Positions 1-21,748 of a stretch of DNA of 64,000 nucleotides are shown piece after piece (the first letter of the stretch is position 1; each line of letters begins with the position of its first letter). Source of the DNA: the human T2T-CHM13v2.0 reference genome, Homo sapiens; NCBI RefSeq assembly GCF_009914755.1, contig NC_060935.1, one strand, 5' to 3'. The translations under genes and the position numbers were made by a program. The notes beneath the pieces were generated by a model, which saw only the letters and a program-made list of their open reading frames with translations, searched no databases and was not told where the DNA came from.

Positions 1-506
1 TTGTTTCTACCTATGAAGAAATGTCGGGCCATTGTACTCCCAAGATGTATAACTTGAATTTTAAAGTAAAGCTGTCGCATAAAACTAGAAGAAGGAATAA
101 TCTCAGGGATCTTTTTACAGAGGATTATAAAGAATGGGATTATTTAACTTAAATCTGAAGATGTCTAATTCTTATTTCTCCCCGAAAACAAGTAAAAAAT
201 AGAAGCTTAACATGGGCTACTAAGATTTCTGGAATTGCCCATTCAGAAATGTATCACAGGAACCAAAGTTGAGATAAAATATTGTTAATGAGAAATCCTG
301 GCATTGACATTCCACATTAAATATATTTCTATACTTTACTGTAAGGTTCAACTGACCACTCTACCTAAAACAAATTCTTCAATATTTTCAAGATGTAGTT
401 TAAAACAATTTTTAACCCGTTTCCTCCTAGAACTAGGCACGCATATATGTATGAAAGAGAAGAAAAAGCAAAGGAGAAAGGAAGAGTGGGGAACGGGGGG
501 GAGAGG

Positions 507-508
<2 letters not shown>

Positions 509-550
<42 letters not shown>
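509..550. repeat. (GA)21 microsatellite within a ~100-nt polypurine tract
   Basis: Read directly. Confidence 0.95.
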
Positions 551-552
<2 letters not shown>

Positions 553-950
553 ACCATTAAGGATACAGAATAATAAAGGAAATTACTACCACTTAATGGG
601 AACACAATCTTTTGAAATCTTTGCTACAACTGGAATAAAAAACTCAGTAATTCTGAAAGGTTATTCTACTCTTTTAAATAAAAACATATCTGTTCAAACT
701 ATTAGGTACTTCTAATCATTTAGTCTTATAAGAAGCATTGGAAAAAAACATACATAGTAACAAACAGTGAATTTAGACATAGGTTCGCATAAATTGTTTT
801 ACTTTCAGAAAACCCAGAACCTCTAGGAAATTACTAAAATTATGAAGAAGTTAAATTTTATAAGCTCTTTCCCTCAACTTTGGCTAAATGTAACCATATT
901 AAAATACTGACATAGTTTTTCATTATGAAATAGAAATGTAAAATGGTAGC

Positions 951-961
951 TTTATTTTAAT
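951..961 (-). terminator. Candidate proximal polyadenylation signal, overlapping ATTAAA/AATAAA
   Basis: Plus strand tttattttaat = ATTAAAATAAA on the mRNA, about 220 nt after the stop. Confidence 0.6.
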
Positions 962-1179
962 CTTTACTCAAGAGTGATATTGAAACAAAGCTCTTACTAC
1001 AACAACCAGGTTAAAAAAACAAGGTGAATCAATGCTATTGTATGTCTGTGAACTAGAAATTTCTTACTTATGGAGTTATGCTCAGGAAACAATACTTAAA
1101 ATCTTAAACTGTAAACTCTTAGCTTGTAACATTTTCATTTTTCCTGTATCTTGCATGTTTCTCAGTGCCATTAAATATA

Positions 1180-1236
1180 TTATCTTCTATTTCTTCTTAA
1201 AGAACTAGTGTTCATAAAAGGATCATCATCATCATC
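1180..1236 (-). CDS. MRE11: MRE11 exon 20 coding part: DDDDDPFMNTSSLRRNRR* (stop TAA 1180-1182)
   Basis: TTTCAG|GAT acceptor; completes the 708-aa protein. Confidence 0.98.
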   Translation of the reverse strand, partial: DDDDDPFMNTSSLRRNRR

Positions 1237-1805
1237 CTGAAATGAGATACAAATGTTGTATTAGTGATTGTTCCCTGCTTCACTGAAACAAGACAGAAGT
1301 TCTTATGGGCAAAACAATACCAGTGAGAGTCATTTCACATGGGATAGACTTTATTTTTCTATTTCCTTTATAACTGCAAAATATATTAAGTACAATTAAA
1401 TTCTTAATGAGCATTAAAATGAAAATTTATCCTGCTGTGTGTGCATGTATCTACAATATAAACCACACACATTTCCCTTACTAACCTTAATAAAGATAAA
1501 TGAAGTATAGGTAAGCCAGAAAAATAATTCAAGTCATTTTATATTTGGTTTTTGAATATATTTTCTCATTTACATTTTATTACAGTTGTATCTACTCTTC
1601 TGGAAATTCACAGCGAAAAAATAATGAAGCCACATGGAGATCCAACTCAGAAACAGCTGTAATTTTATTTCCCATTACCATTTAATACTAGAAATAGCTA
1701 GCTACTCTCACACTTATGCAAAAAACAACCTAGCAAAGCAAGCTTTCAAATAGTTTTTTGGATAAAAAAAGAAATACATGCAGTTATTTCAAGAGTTCCC
1801 ATGCT

Positions 1806-2163
<358 letters not shown>

Positions 2164-2814
2164 TTAACTAATAATTTAATTAAAGAGAATGAAAACAAAC
2201 CTCAGATAAGCCCAATTATATAATTTTATGAAGATAAAACCAATTCTTACGTATTCTATAAATATTCAGAAAATAAAGCAAATTTGTTTATAAGTTTTTT
2301 ATTTGTGTTTAAGACATTAAAAGAAATTAAAAGAAATTATTTGATGCTAGGCTTTGTTGGTGGTATCAGCACTTCCAAATGTTAGCTAAATTAACTATCT
2401 CTGATGAGTAATGGATGCCTTAAGAAATATAAATTCATTTTCATTTATTGATTCATTTTCTGCTGCTATCAAAGACAAAACTTAAATAAACCAGAGACAA
2501 ATCCAAATGAAGTCTAATAGATAATTTGCTAATAGTTTGTCTTTGCAGTTAACATGAACTAGTATACAAATTTTTAACTGTAACATATAACCGCATATAT
2601 ATCCAGATGTTTTGGAATAAACAATAATTGCTCACTTCCCTCCTGGAAGCAACATGTTAGTATTTAATAGGTAGAATGAGCTCTTGCTGCCATTTTTCTT
2701 GGCAGCCTGAGTTGAGTCCTCTCAAGCTGTTTTAAACCACAGCTTAAATACAGGGAACATGGCAGCAGCAGCCAAAGCTAAAAATGAAAGATGTAAGTCA
2801 CAGGCTACAACGTA

Positions 2815-3130
2815 GATAAACCTTCAGGTACTTACGCTATGTGAAATAAGCCAGTCACAAAAAGGCAAATATTATATGATTCTACTTCTATGAAGTACCT
2901 AGAGTAGTTGAATTCATAGAAAGAGAAAGTGGAATGGTAGTTACCAGGGGATGAAGAAGGGGAAACAGAGACTTGTTATTTCAGGGATATAGATTTTCAG
3001 TTTTGCAAAATGAAAAAGTGCTGAAGATCTGTTTAATATGGATCTATTTAACACTACTGAACTGTACACTTAATAATGGTTAGTTTTATGTTATGCTTTT
3101 GCTACAATTAACAATTTTTTAAATAAAAAA
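2815..3130 (+). mobile_element. Old L1M (L1MB-like) 3' end fragment
   Basis: GTGAAATAAGCCAGTCACAAAAAGGCAAATATTATATGATTC...CTACTGAACTGTACACTTAA, A-rich end. Confidence 0.7.
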
Positions 3131-3772
3131 ATAAATGAAAGGGGTCATGGGCCTAAGAGAAACACTTTCAAGCAAATCAACAAAAACTAGCAAAGGCCCT
3201 TCAAATGGCAGCCTTGAAGGAAAGGGGAAGGGCAGTATCCTTCAGTCATGTAGTTTTATTTAAACTTAATTGAAACAGCAAATTAATAAAGGCAAGAGGT
3301 AAGTCCTGACTTATAACTCTTCCTCTTCCTCCTCCTCCTCATTCATGGTGGGGAGATTTCATGGTTGCAGACGCGATCTGGAACTGGAGTTTTTTCCAGA
3401 CATCCTCCCAGAGAACATTTCGGACAATGCCTGAATACCTGTATGTCATGAAATCACCACCATGCGCCACCCTCTACATGACACATGTAGAGCATATAGT
3501 GAGTACTTAATAAATATTCGTTAAAGTAATATTAAAAGCTCTTGGGATATCATCATCATCATCATCATTTCTCCAAATATAAGTAAATGGTAGAAGCTAC
3601 AAAAATTCCGATCCCACTGTTAACTGGGCAAATAAGAACTGAGTGAATATCATATTTTAAAAATCTACAGGACTTTTATATCTGAGGTATTACACTGATG
3701 GGCACTCAACATATGTTACTTGTTAACTCTTAACATTAACTATAGTTCAAAGGAAGGTTATCAATGAAACTA

Positions 3773-4066
<294 letters not shown>

Positions 4067-4094
4067 TGAAACTATTTTTAAAAATAATTTTTAG

Positions 4095-10858
<6,764 letters not shown>

Positions 10859-10929
10859 TTCAGCAACTAGCTGGCAGTCTCTATTTAAATTTTATAAAGT
10901 TAAAAATTAATTAAAATTTAACAATATTA

Positions 10930-11139
<210 letters not shown>

Positions 11140-11167
11140 CTACATTAGCGGCAATAAAACTTAACTG

Positions 11168-11388
11168 TAAGGAAAAGGACTCTGGGGCCGAGGTTTGAAC
11201 TCTGGTTTTGCCCTTTACTACCTATGTGGCTTTGAGCAAGTTACTTAACCTCTCTGTGCTTCAATTTCCTCATCTGTAAAACGGGGATAATGGTTTTATA
11301 AAGACTAAATGTGTTAATATGCTTAAACACTTAGAACAGTGCCTGACACATATTAAGTACTACAACAATACTTACTTATATTATTATA
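11168..11388 (+). mobile_element. MIR
   Basis: Core GCAAGTTACTTAACCTCTCTGTGCTTCAATTTCCTCATCTGTAAAACGGGGATAAT. Confidence 0.8.
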
Positions 11389-11513
11389 GTACTTATCATG
11401 TACCAAAATGTATACATTACCATCTTCCACTTCTGAAAACCATGGGAACATTGAAATATTTTCTATTCAAATCTCAGTTAATAAGAAAATCATAATTCCT
11501 ACTCTTTTTACTC

Positions 11514-11795
11514 TTTTTTTTTTTTTTGAGATGGAGTCTCGCTCTGTCACCAGGCTGGAATGCAGTAGCACCATCTCGGCTCACTGCAACCTCCACCTCC
11601 CAGTTCAAGCGATTCTCCTGCATCAGCCCCCTCAGCATGCCACCATGCCCAGCTAATTTTTGTATTTTTAGTAGAGACGGGGTTTCACCAGGTTGGCCAG
11701 GATGGTCTCTATCTCCTCTATCTCTTGACCTCGTGATCCGCCCACCTCGGCCTCCCAAATGCTAGGATTACAGGCGTGAGCCACCACGCCCAGCC
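11514..11795 (-). mobile_element. AluS with internal deletion
   Basis: Alu consensus; TSD ATTCCTACTCTT. Confidence 0.9.
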
Positions 11796-11872
11796 GATTC
11801 CTACTCTTACAAAGCTTAACTTGCAGTAAATTCCTATGTCTTTTAATTAATAAGAAATTTAAGTCACTTTAG

Positions 11873-12082
11873 ATCGGGGCCAGTAAGCAAATCTAGCCCA
11901 CCACCAGGTTTTGTTTTTTTTATGGCCTATAAGCTAAGAATGGTTTTCACATTTTGAAATGGTTACATTTTAAATGGTTATACAAGTGTCTACCTACATA
12001 ATATCCCCGGTTTTGCCTCTTGACCTGCCGAGCCTAAAATACTCCCTATCTGGCCTGTTAAGAAAAAGTCTGCTGATTCCCG
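11873..12082. mobile_element. MER58-like hAT-Charlie element
   Basis: GCAAATCTAGCCCACCACC...AAGCTAAGAATGGTTTTCACATTTT...AAAAAGTCTGCTGATTCCC. Confidence 0.65.
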
Positions 12083-12619
12083 TCTTCAATAAAAGTAGTG
12101 TTTATAAATTCTTAGTCTACAATTTTATTAACATGCTTTGGGATGTCATTATAGCAAAAGAAATATGTCCAAAGGTTTTATCTGGAAAAAAGAATGAGAA
12201 TCACGAGATCTTATGTCAGAAGTAAATAGAAAAATTCACAGGTCCTTTGCACTAAAGGAAAGGACAGAAGGATTTATCAGGCAAACTTGAAGAGCAACTA
12301 AGGTTCAGAGGTAGCAGATTAGCACAATTATCAAGGTCCACTCTGGTAAGTGGCAGAGCTTAAATAGTTTAAATTATAAATAAAACACCATGCATAACCT
12401 GCAATTACTAAAACATTCTGCAAAAACAGTCTAAATTATCATTTAGATGCTGTAATTAGAAACACCAATCTGCCAAAGCTGATTTCTGATGTGTTTCCAA
12501 AATGTCAATTTTGGAAATTGCCTCTAAAATGTTAAACAGCCTCTCAAAACTTAAATGATTCTTATTGCTTGCACAATGGTCAGAGAAGTTAGTTACCATA
12601 CCAAGAAGCAACAACAGAG

Positions 12620-12850
12620 ATGAGTTTGGGGTCAGAATGCCTGGACTGTATGACTAGTTGGGTGACCTTAGGTAAGTTACTTAGCCACTGTGCTTCACAC
12701 TTCATCTGTAAAATGGGGATGATAAAGTTATAACTATAATCTATCTCCTGGGGAAGTTGTGAGCACCACGCAAGCTAATTCACATGTAAAATGCTCAGAG
12801 AAGTGCCTGGCACATAGGAAGTACCAAACAACTGTGAGTTATATTACTAT
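12620..12850 (+). mobile_element. MIR
   Basis: GTGACCTTAGGTAAGTTACTT...CATCTGTAAAATGGGGAT...GTGCCTGGCACATAG. Confidence 0.75.
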
Positions 12851-13554
12851 TTCATGTCTAAAGAAATCGGCAGACATTTATACAGCTGAAAAGTAAACAA
12901 TCTACTGTGATATCAAAAGCAAACTATTTTTTCTTTAATATCCTTAAGCATATATCAAAAATATCAGAATAGCATTTTGATCCATTTCTGGAAAAAAAAA
13001 AACTTAGAAAGCTAGATCTGATTTGTGTGTGCTTCAATTTACAAAGACAAGAACAACCAAACAAGGACTCAGAAAGGGGCCCTTACTTCCTTCCAAAACC
13101 TGAGGTATCCCGATAATCTTCCAATAAATCTCCTTTTCTGTAAGAGAATCTGAGTTAGGTTTCTATCAGCTGGAACCAAAGGAGTCCTGTTAAATACACA
13201 TAAATGAGCCTGAGAAATTCAAGTAAACCTTCGTGAGCTAAAATAAGTCCCTCCACTACTTACCATAGACATATAAACTGATTTGCATCTGCGCCCATCT
13301 TGGTATTTTTTACTCCTATAAAGGCCAGTACAGCCTTCTGCAACTCTATACTCTCCCGGATTTTTCTCATGTCTTTATTGTTTTTTTCTACTCTACCCAA
13401 AGGCTGAATAAGGTTAAAACTGCAGGCTAGGAAAACAAACACTCTTCTGCTCTGCCTTCTTTTTTGAGGTGATCCTATCCATCCCAATGGTTTTAAGTAC
13501 CATCTGCACGCTGTCCAGAGGTAAATGTAAGTACCATTTCAAACCCCTTATCTG

Positions 13555-13895
<341 letters not shown>

Positions 13896-14518
13896 TCACA
13901 CATTCAATTGCCTATAACTTCCCTTCATGTAAGTTTCTAGGCATCTCAAACTTTTCACATCTAAAGTGGAACTTTTAATTATATGCCTATCATTCCCTAC
14001 AACACATCTGTCCTTTCTTTTGTCCCCTTCTCAATATATGGCACAATGTAAATGCTCCAGCAAGAAACCAGAAAATCAGTCTTGATTCCTTATTCTCCCT
14101 TACTCCAAATGTTTAATCCATCTTCAAGTTTTGTCATGTCTATCTTCAAAATATATCCTGAAACCATCTGTTTCCTCCATTTCACCTACCACCAGCCTGT
14201 GCAAGCCTCCATCGTCTCTCTTAGCTCAGACTACCTGCAGCACCCTCCTTTCAGATAAGCTTGTTTACACTTGTTCTGCAACCACAGTGATCCTTTGTAA
14301 ATGTAAATCACAAGGTGCCACTCCTCTCTTAAAATCTTTCTGTGGATTCCCACTGCATTTATAACAACATCCAATACCTTTGTAGTGCTCACCTGTTCCT
14401 GCAGCATGATTTACCCTGTGTCTCTTTTCTATTCTCATCTCAAACAACCTCCTTTTCCACCACACATTAGTCATTGGCTCCTAAATAACATTATTAAACT
14501 TGCTTCTTCAATAGACTG

Positions 14519-14854
14519 TGATATGGTTTGGCTGTGTCCCTACCAAATCTCATCTTGAATTGTAGCTCTCGTAACTCCTAAGTATTCTGGGAGGGACCTG
14601 GTGGGAGATAATTGAATCACGGGGGCAGTTCCCCCATACTAATCTCGTGGTAGTGAATAGGTCTCACAAGATCTTTCACTTGGCTCTTTTTCTCTTCTTT
14701 TGTCTGCTGCCATGTGAGACATGCCTTTCACCTTCTGCCATGATTATGAGGCCTCCCCAGCTATGTAGAAATTTGAGTCCATTAAACCTCTTTGTTTTGT
14801 AATTGCCCAGTCTCGGGTATGTGTTTATCAGCAGTGAGAAAATGGACTAATACA
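14519..14854 (+). mobile_element. THE1-type MaLR solo LTR
   Basis: TGATATGGTTTGGCTGTGTCCC...GGACTAATACA; 5-bp TSD GACTG/GGCTG. Confidence 0.9.
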
Positions 14855-16299
14855 GGCTGCATGCACTTGTCCCTCTGCTTTTTGCAAGGCCACATTTCCC
14901 TTATTAAAATTTCCGCTTAAATGTAGCTTCCTCAGAGGCTTTCCATGACCATCCTTCAAAGTAGATGCCCGTCCTGTGCCACTGTTTCTTCTCTCTACAC
15001 CAGATCATTTCCTTTAATGCATGCTAACTGATCGGCTGATCACCAGCTCAAATGTCACCTATCTTCTTTGTAAAACCTTCAATGACCTTTCCCAGGAAGA
15101 TACTGGCACGTCCCTTAGATTTCATTACACCTGAAGAAAACATTTATCTTGGTGGATTAGCAGTGCCCTGTAATTAGCATACCACTAAAGTGTAAATTCC
15201 TTGAAGGAAGAAACATTTATCTTTCTATCCCCAGAACCTAGCATGATGTTTGAAGGATCTAATAAGTGAACGTGGAACTATACTTACACTTGCTCTAACA
15301 TTAACCTTTAAGTCACATACAGCTTATATTCTCAGTGGGGTCAGTATCATAAAGAACAAAAATTGGCTCCAGGGGATAGAGTGGGATGAAAAAGCTACGG
15401 TTTTTGGCCCTCTCAGACTCAACCATACCCAAAAAAATTTCATTCTTTAAGTATTTAATTTCTAACGTTAGGGAGAAATTGACTTACATCTAAGTTACTT
15501 AATTCTTCTCCTTGGATAATCAAGAAATGGCTGAGATAATGGAAAAAAAGCTTGAGAAACACTGATATAAGGCTTTTTCCTCAATCACCCTTCTTTCTGG
15601 AGTTCCTGCTCATGCCCTTATTCTCAGCTGGGACCACCATTTTCCACCCTACTAAGCCAAATCTTATCTTTGAAACCTCAGGTCAATTTTACTCCCTCCA
15701 TGAAGCTGCTTCTTCTAGCCCACATTCCTTGTTCCTTTTTTCACCAGCCCATAAGCACTCACACTTATGGGTCTGTAATATAAAATTCTACACCTAATTA
15801 TGTACTAATTCATTCTTTGATGAATTCAAATATGTTCATTTCTCTTTTCCACTATAATTGAAGTTACCTGAAGGCAGAGGCCATATTAAAACATTCGTTA
15901 TGCCCCTCCCTCATCAGACCTAATATAATGCTCAAACAGAAAATAAGTACAAAATAAGGCAGTTGATTACTTTATTAAGTAGAAATTCTCATTATTCGAG
16001 CTTTAGTTAAGCAGTATTCAACCAAAATGTTAACGTATAAAAGCAAATGGTAATAGTGAATCAAGTCAAGCTTAACAGCAATAGGCAAAAAATCCCAAAA
16101 CACACAGGAAGAGCATGCAAGTCCTCTGAAGGCAGACTGAGTCTACGTGATCCCCTTTTAAGTGTTTAGTACAATACCATGTGTAGTTAAGAATATAAAA
16201 ATAAGACAATGACAAAAAGCTGAAATCAAATGATAGCAAAATACAAAATTATTTTCTGTTATTTGGAGAGAACACAGTCTTCCATTAAGAAAAGCACTG

Positions 16300-16612
<313 letters not shown>

Positions 16613-16858
16613 AAAAGCACTAATAAAGTCAAAAGGAAAAAAATTACAGGCTATTTCAATTTTCACTGAAAATCCTTGTACTAATGCTGCATCAACTCTA
16701 TAAACTAGCCCTTGGTCTGTTTTCATTCCTCTACATACTTTACTAGTTGAAAATAAGTCTGTTAAACTTACATGGCATAGAAAAATGTGTAACTTTGGAA
16801 TTCTGGATAATTTTTAATTTTTTTCAGATGTTTCTTTTGCAGAAAATCACTGCACCTA

Positions 16859-17179
<321 letters not shown>

Positions 17180-18135
17180 TTACACTGGTGAATGACTTGC
17201 ATAGGCTCATATGCAGACCTTATGACTTTCCTCTTAGTTTCTTATGAGAGGTGAGACCATCAGTGTTCCATCTCCAACTTTAAATGAGGTATCAGACCAT
17301 GTGGGAAATACTGGATATCTTTCTGTTAAATCTGTCCCTCTTAAATACCATTTGTTAGTGTTAAGACCCAATAAAGATATTTCTGACTGTTGATTCTACC
17401 ACCCAAAATACTATTTCTCTACATTTTGTTATCTTGACATTTGATACATACATTTGCCATATCTTCATCTAACTTAAGTACAGATGAGGATGAAGCCAAA
17501 GACCAAATACTGAACGAACAGCCCCTGAGGCTAAGGATGCTGTTAAATATCCTACAATGCATAGGACAACCCTTCACAACAAAGAATTATCTAGTCCAAA
17601 ATGTCAACAGTGCTACTATGGAGAAACCCTGATGTAAAGGGAAGAGTATTGGCTCGGGAGTTAAGACACACAGTTTTGAAAGTGAAGTAATAAGAGAATC
17701 AAGCCCATATTGGACTCTTCTTGGAATCGAAAGGAAGAGCAGAAGGCCCAGGCTAAACCTAGGGCAAACCACATGGATCGCTGGACTCCAGCCTTTTCAT
17801 TCATCTTAAGTCTAGCAACAGCTGTTAAGGCACAGCTAGTATTTTGGGAAGATAAGTAACAAAAGGAAATCCAGCATAGAAAAAACCTCTATAACCATTG
17901 AACTCACCTTCAATATTAGTATTCCATGTATGAGCTCTTTTGGTTCAACACTGTTATCCTTGAAAACATTACTGTATACATAACATTTATGGATTTCTAT
18001 AATAACCATTATTTAAAAAAAGAGAGCAACCAAGAAAAAAAAAATCAAATCCTAGAAGCCCTAGAGATAATTGGTAAAGCTCCTTCCAGCTTTAATGTTC
18101 CATAATTTTTCTTCTTTTATTTACTTTGTAAATCA

Positions 18136-18294
<159 letters not shown>

Positions 18295-18819
18295 TTATTC
18301 TTAAAATAACTTAGAAAAACTTGCATACTTCTTTAGCTAAAGATTTTGAGTCCTATCTGCAAAACTGAATGATGCCTAATTATAAAACTATTTGATATTT
18401 TTAAAAATCTAAAGGGAGATAGAATTATAGGTACGCATAACTCAATGCCCAACTGTCAGTCTCATTATTTCCCAGCTTATTGAGATACTGTAGTGTTTAT
18501 AAATACACACACTAAAAATATTTCATAGAAAAATACCTGAAGGATAAAATCTAATCACCTAACCAAATGAACTACAAATGTATTGAAGGAAAGCCTCCTA
18601 ATCCCTTCTTTGTTGTTGACGATACCTTTATCCCTGTTGCTACATTAGGAGCCATGGGGTTCCAGTAGTTTCTCATTTTCCTCTACCTTAGTAGCCATAT
18701 TCAATATCTAAGAAATATTCCAGAGGAGAATTCTAGAAAACAGCATTCTATGATAAAAATTCCTTTGTATCCATACCTTTTTTCCTTTTAAACTTGGTTA
18801 GATACTTGAAGTTTAGCTA

Positions 18820-19210
<391 letters not shown>

Positions 19211-21748
19211 TTAGGTTTATTTTCTCCTATGCCTTACCAGTTTGCTAATATCAAAAATATCTTCCCCAAGATAACTCACAAACTAAATAGGGCACAGAAA
19301 AACAAACAAATACTCAAAAAATCCTGCAAAGTCCAAAATTCTCCTAGTCAGAAAACTAACGAATCTTTCTATCTAACCTAAATTTATTGTGTTTGCACAT
19401 GTTTCCTATTCTAGGTTCTGTCCCCAAACTTGTAATATCTAAGAGGAGAAACGAGAGGCAGAAACAGTGTTCTTATCTGCTTTACTCAGTTACTTTTTTC
19501 ACAACCTACTCTACTCAAAAGGCTAGACAGAGCAACTGAATAAAAAATCCAGTGATCATGATGATTTCAAAGAATATTTCTGTTCAGTATTTATTCACTG
19601 ACTCCTTTAACTCTGAGATCCTAGAAAACAAGATACCTTTCTTTTTATCCCACTGGAAGGCAAAAGATGAGTGATGTTGTGAAATAATTTTATCAGAAAA
19701 CTAAGCAATATGTTCTGTTAGGAAGACAATAAAGTGTGGTGGTTAAAAGCTCTGGTTTTGGAGTTAGACTCATTTTGACTTACTAGCTTGACTATGGCCA
19801 AGCTCCTTGGCTTCTTTAAAACTCAATTTCCTCGCCTGTAAAACAGTGTTAATACTTCATGCAGAAAACTGCTGAGAGGGTAAGAGGAAGTGTCTAGCAG
19901 ATAGAAAGCATTCAAATACATGTAGCTGTTTGGGTAGCAAACATAGTAGCAGCAGTGGTACCCATAGTGGTATAAATGAAATGTAAAGGCCGTGACTTCA
20001 GAGGTACTTTTATTCACCTAGCCACTATCCTCTGCTGACTAACTTCAATGGAAAAATCTGGGCTGTCAACTCCTATTTACAACTCCTGTGGCTACAAGTG
20101 TAATTTTTATCTTTTCCAATAAAATTGCAGCACAATAATAAATTTCCATACTCCATGGACCTTGTTATAAGAGAATTTGACCTTTATTTATCTCTTCACT
20201 CCTCCATTTAAAACAGAGATCTAGAAGTTACAGTCTTAATTTGTTGCTTCTGTCCCAAAGTGATGACAAGTATAGTTACTACTTCACAGGTATTCTGTCA
20301 GAGACTTAAAAAAAAACCCACCAAATCCAACCTGATAAAAATGTTTCACAAATTTATACTTAAAAAATCAGTTCATTTTTCAAAAAAAGGCCTAGTACTG
20401 GAGGTAATCAGTTAAGTTAGCGAAACCATTATATCAAATCAATTAGATAAAAGACAAATTTAGACCAATGATTCACATAATATTCATCTTCATAATCTTA
20501 TTGCAAAACACTACCACTAATATTAATAACAGCTATCATCTGTCGCATTTTTACCAGGTGCTGTGATCAGTACTGTAAATACTTAAGCTCATTTAATAAA
20601 ATTACTCTGAAGTCAGTACAACATTGTCAAATTTTATAGCTAAGGGATCTGATGCTTGTAGAATAACACCAGTTTGCACTTACTGAGGGCTTAATATGCA
20701 TAGACACTGCCTGATACTTCACATGCATTTTCTCATTAATCCTCAAAATAACGCAATGAGGTGGACGCAATCATTGTCCCATCCTACAGATGAGAACACT
20801 CATTCCTAAAGATGAAAAACTTAACATATTTGCTGGAGGACACACAACTAGTAAAATTGAGAAGTCAGGATCCAAACCAAGATCTTCCTCACTTTAGAAC
20901 CATGGTCTTCACCCTTACGCTACACAATCTCCAAGTAATTTTTACTCAGTCATTGTCAAGTATTTAACAAGCATCTACTATGTTATGTGCCAAATATAGT
21001 GGATACAGTGATGAGGAGGAATGATGCAGACCCCTTTCTCACAGCACTTACAGTGCAAGGGTGCTAAGCCAGCAGTAAAGAGCTGGCTGTGACTGACCCA
21101 ATGGACCTGACTCCAGAGCCTGCATTCTTAACCATCATGCTCTGCTGCAAAAGGTACCATAATAAGATTTTTGCTTACAACATAATTCAGGAAATCTGAC
21201 GTTTCGTATTTAGTTTATTTACATAGCCTCTTTTCATAGATGAATACTGTTTCCTTAAAAAAATTAGTCAAGCCATTCTGTAAAACTTTTAAGGCATCAT
21301 AACTGGTCTCCAGTCTTTCTACACAAATAGAAGCTTTATTCTATGTTGTCAATGGGTAACAGTCATTGCAGGCTAGGTTATTCAGACAAAATGACCTCTC
21401 ATTGTCTTCAAACTCACTTCTGCTGACAACAATCCAAATTAGTACCTCAAACATTTAAAAAAAAAAAAAAAATTCTCAATGGCATTGAAGAGCTGATCAC
21501 ATACCAAGGAATTACCAGGCCAAAACTGAAGAAAAGCTAGAACTCAGAGAGGTAAGCAGAGTCCTTTCCCTGAGTTCACTTTTCAATTGGGAAAATGTTA
21601 ACATTGGTTTTGAGAATCCTGAAGAAAAATAGAGAGGGCTACCACAGCCCACGGCTGCCCAAAGTGAAAACCCCGATGCATTTCCCTTCCTAAGGTGGAG
21701 CCCCAGTGGTTGAAGAGAGAAGCAGAGGTAAACAGGATTTCATAAGCA

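Larger units (their letters stand above)
1..1179 (-). other. MRE11: MRE11 3' UTR (continues beyond window start)
   Basis: Directly downstream of the stop codon; AT-rich; the true end is not visible. Confidence 0.8.

Noticed and set aside
488-509. G-quadruplex next to the GA repeat
   Set aside because: Only three separate G-runs; a fourth requires splitting G7, and the G-rich strand is not the mRNA strand
304-605. ORFs with ERERER or SLSLSL repeats
   Set aside because: Translations of the (GA)n microsatellite in the 3' UTR
3291-3316. Strong plus-strand donor GAG|GTAAGT within a short hairpin
   Set aside because: An isolated motif is expected by chance; no matching antisense acceptor or exon could be defined
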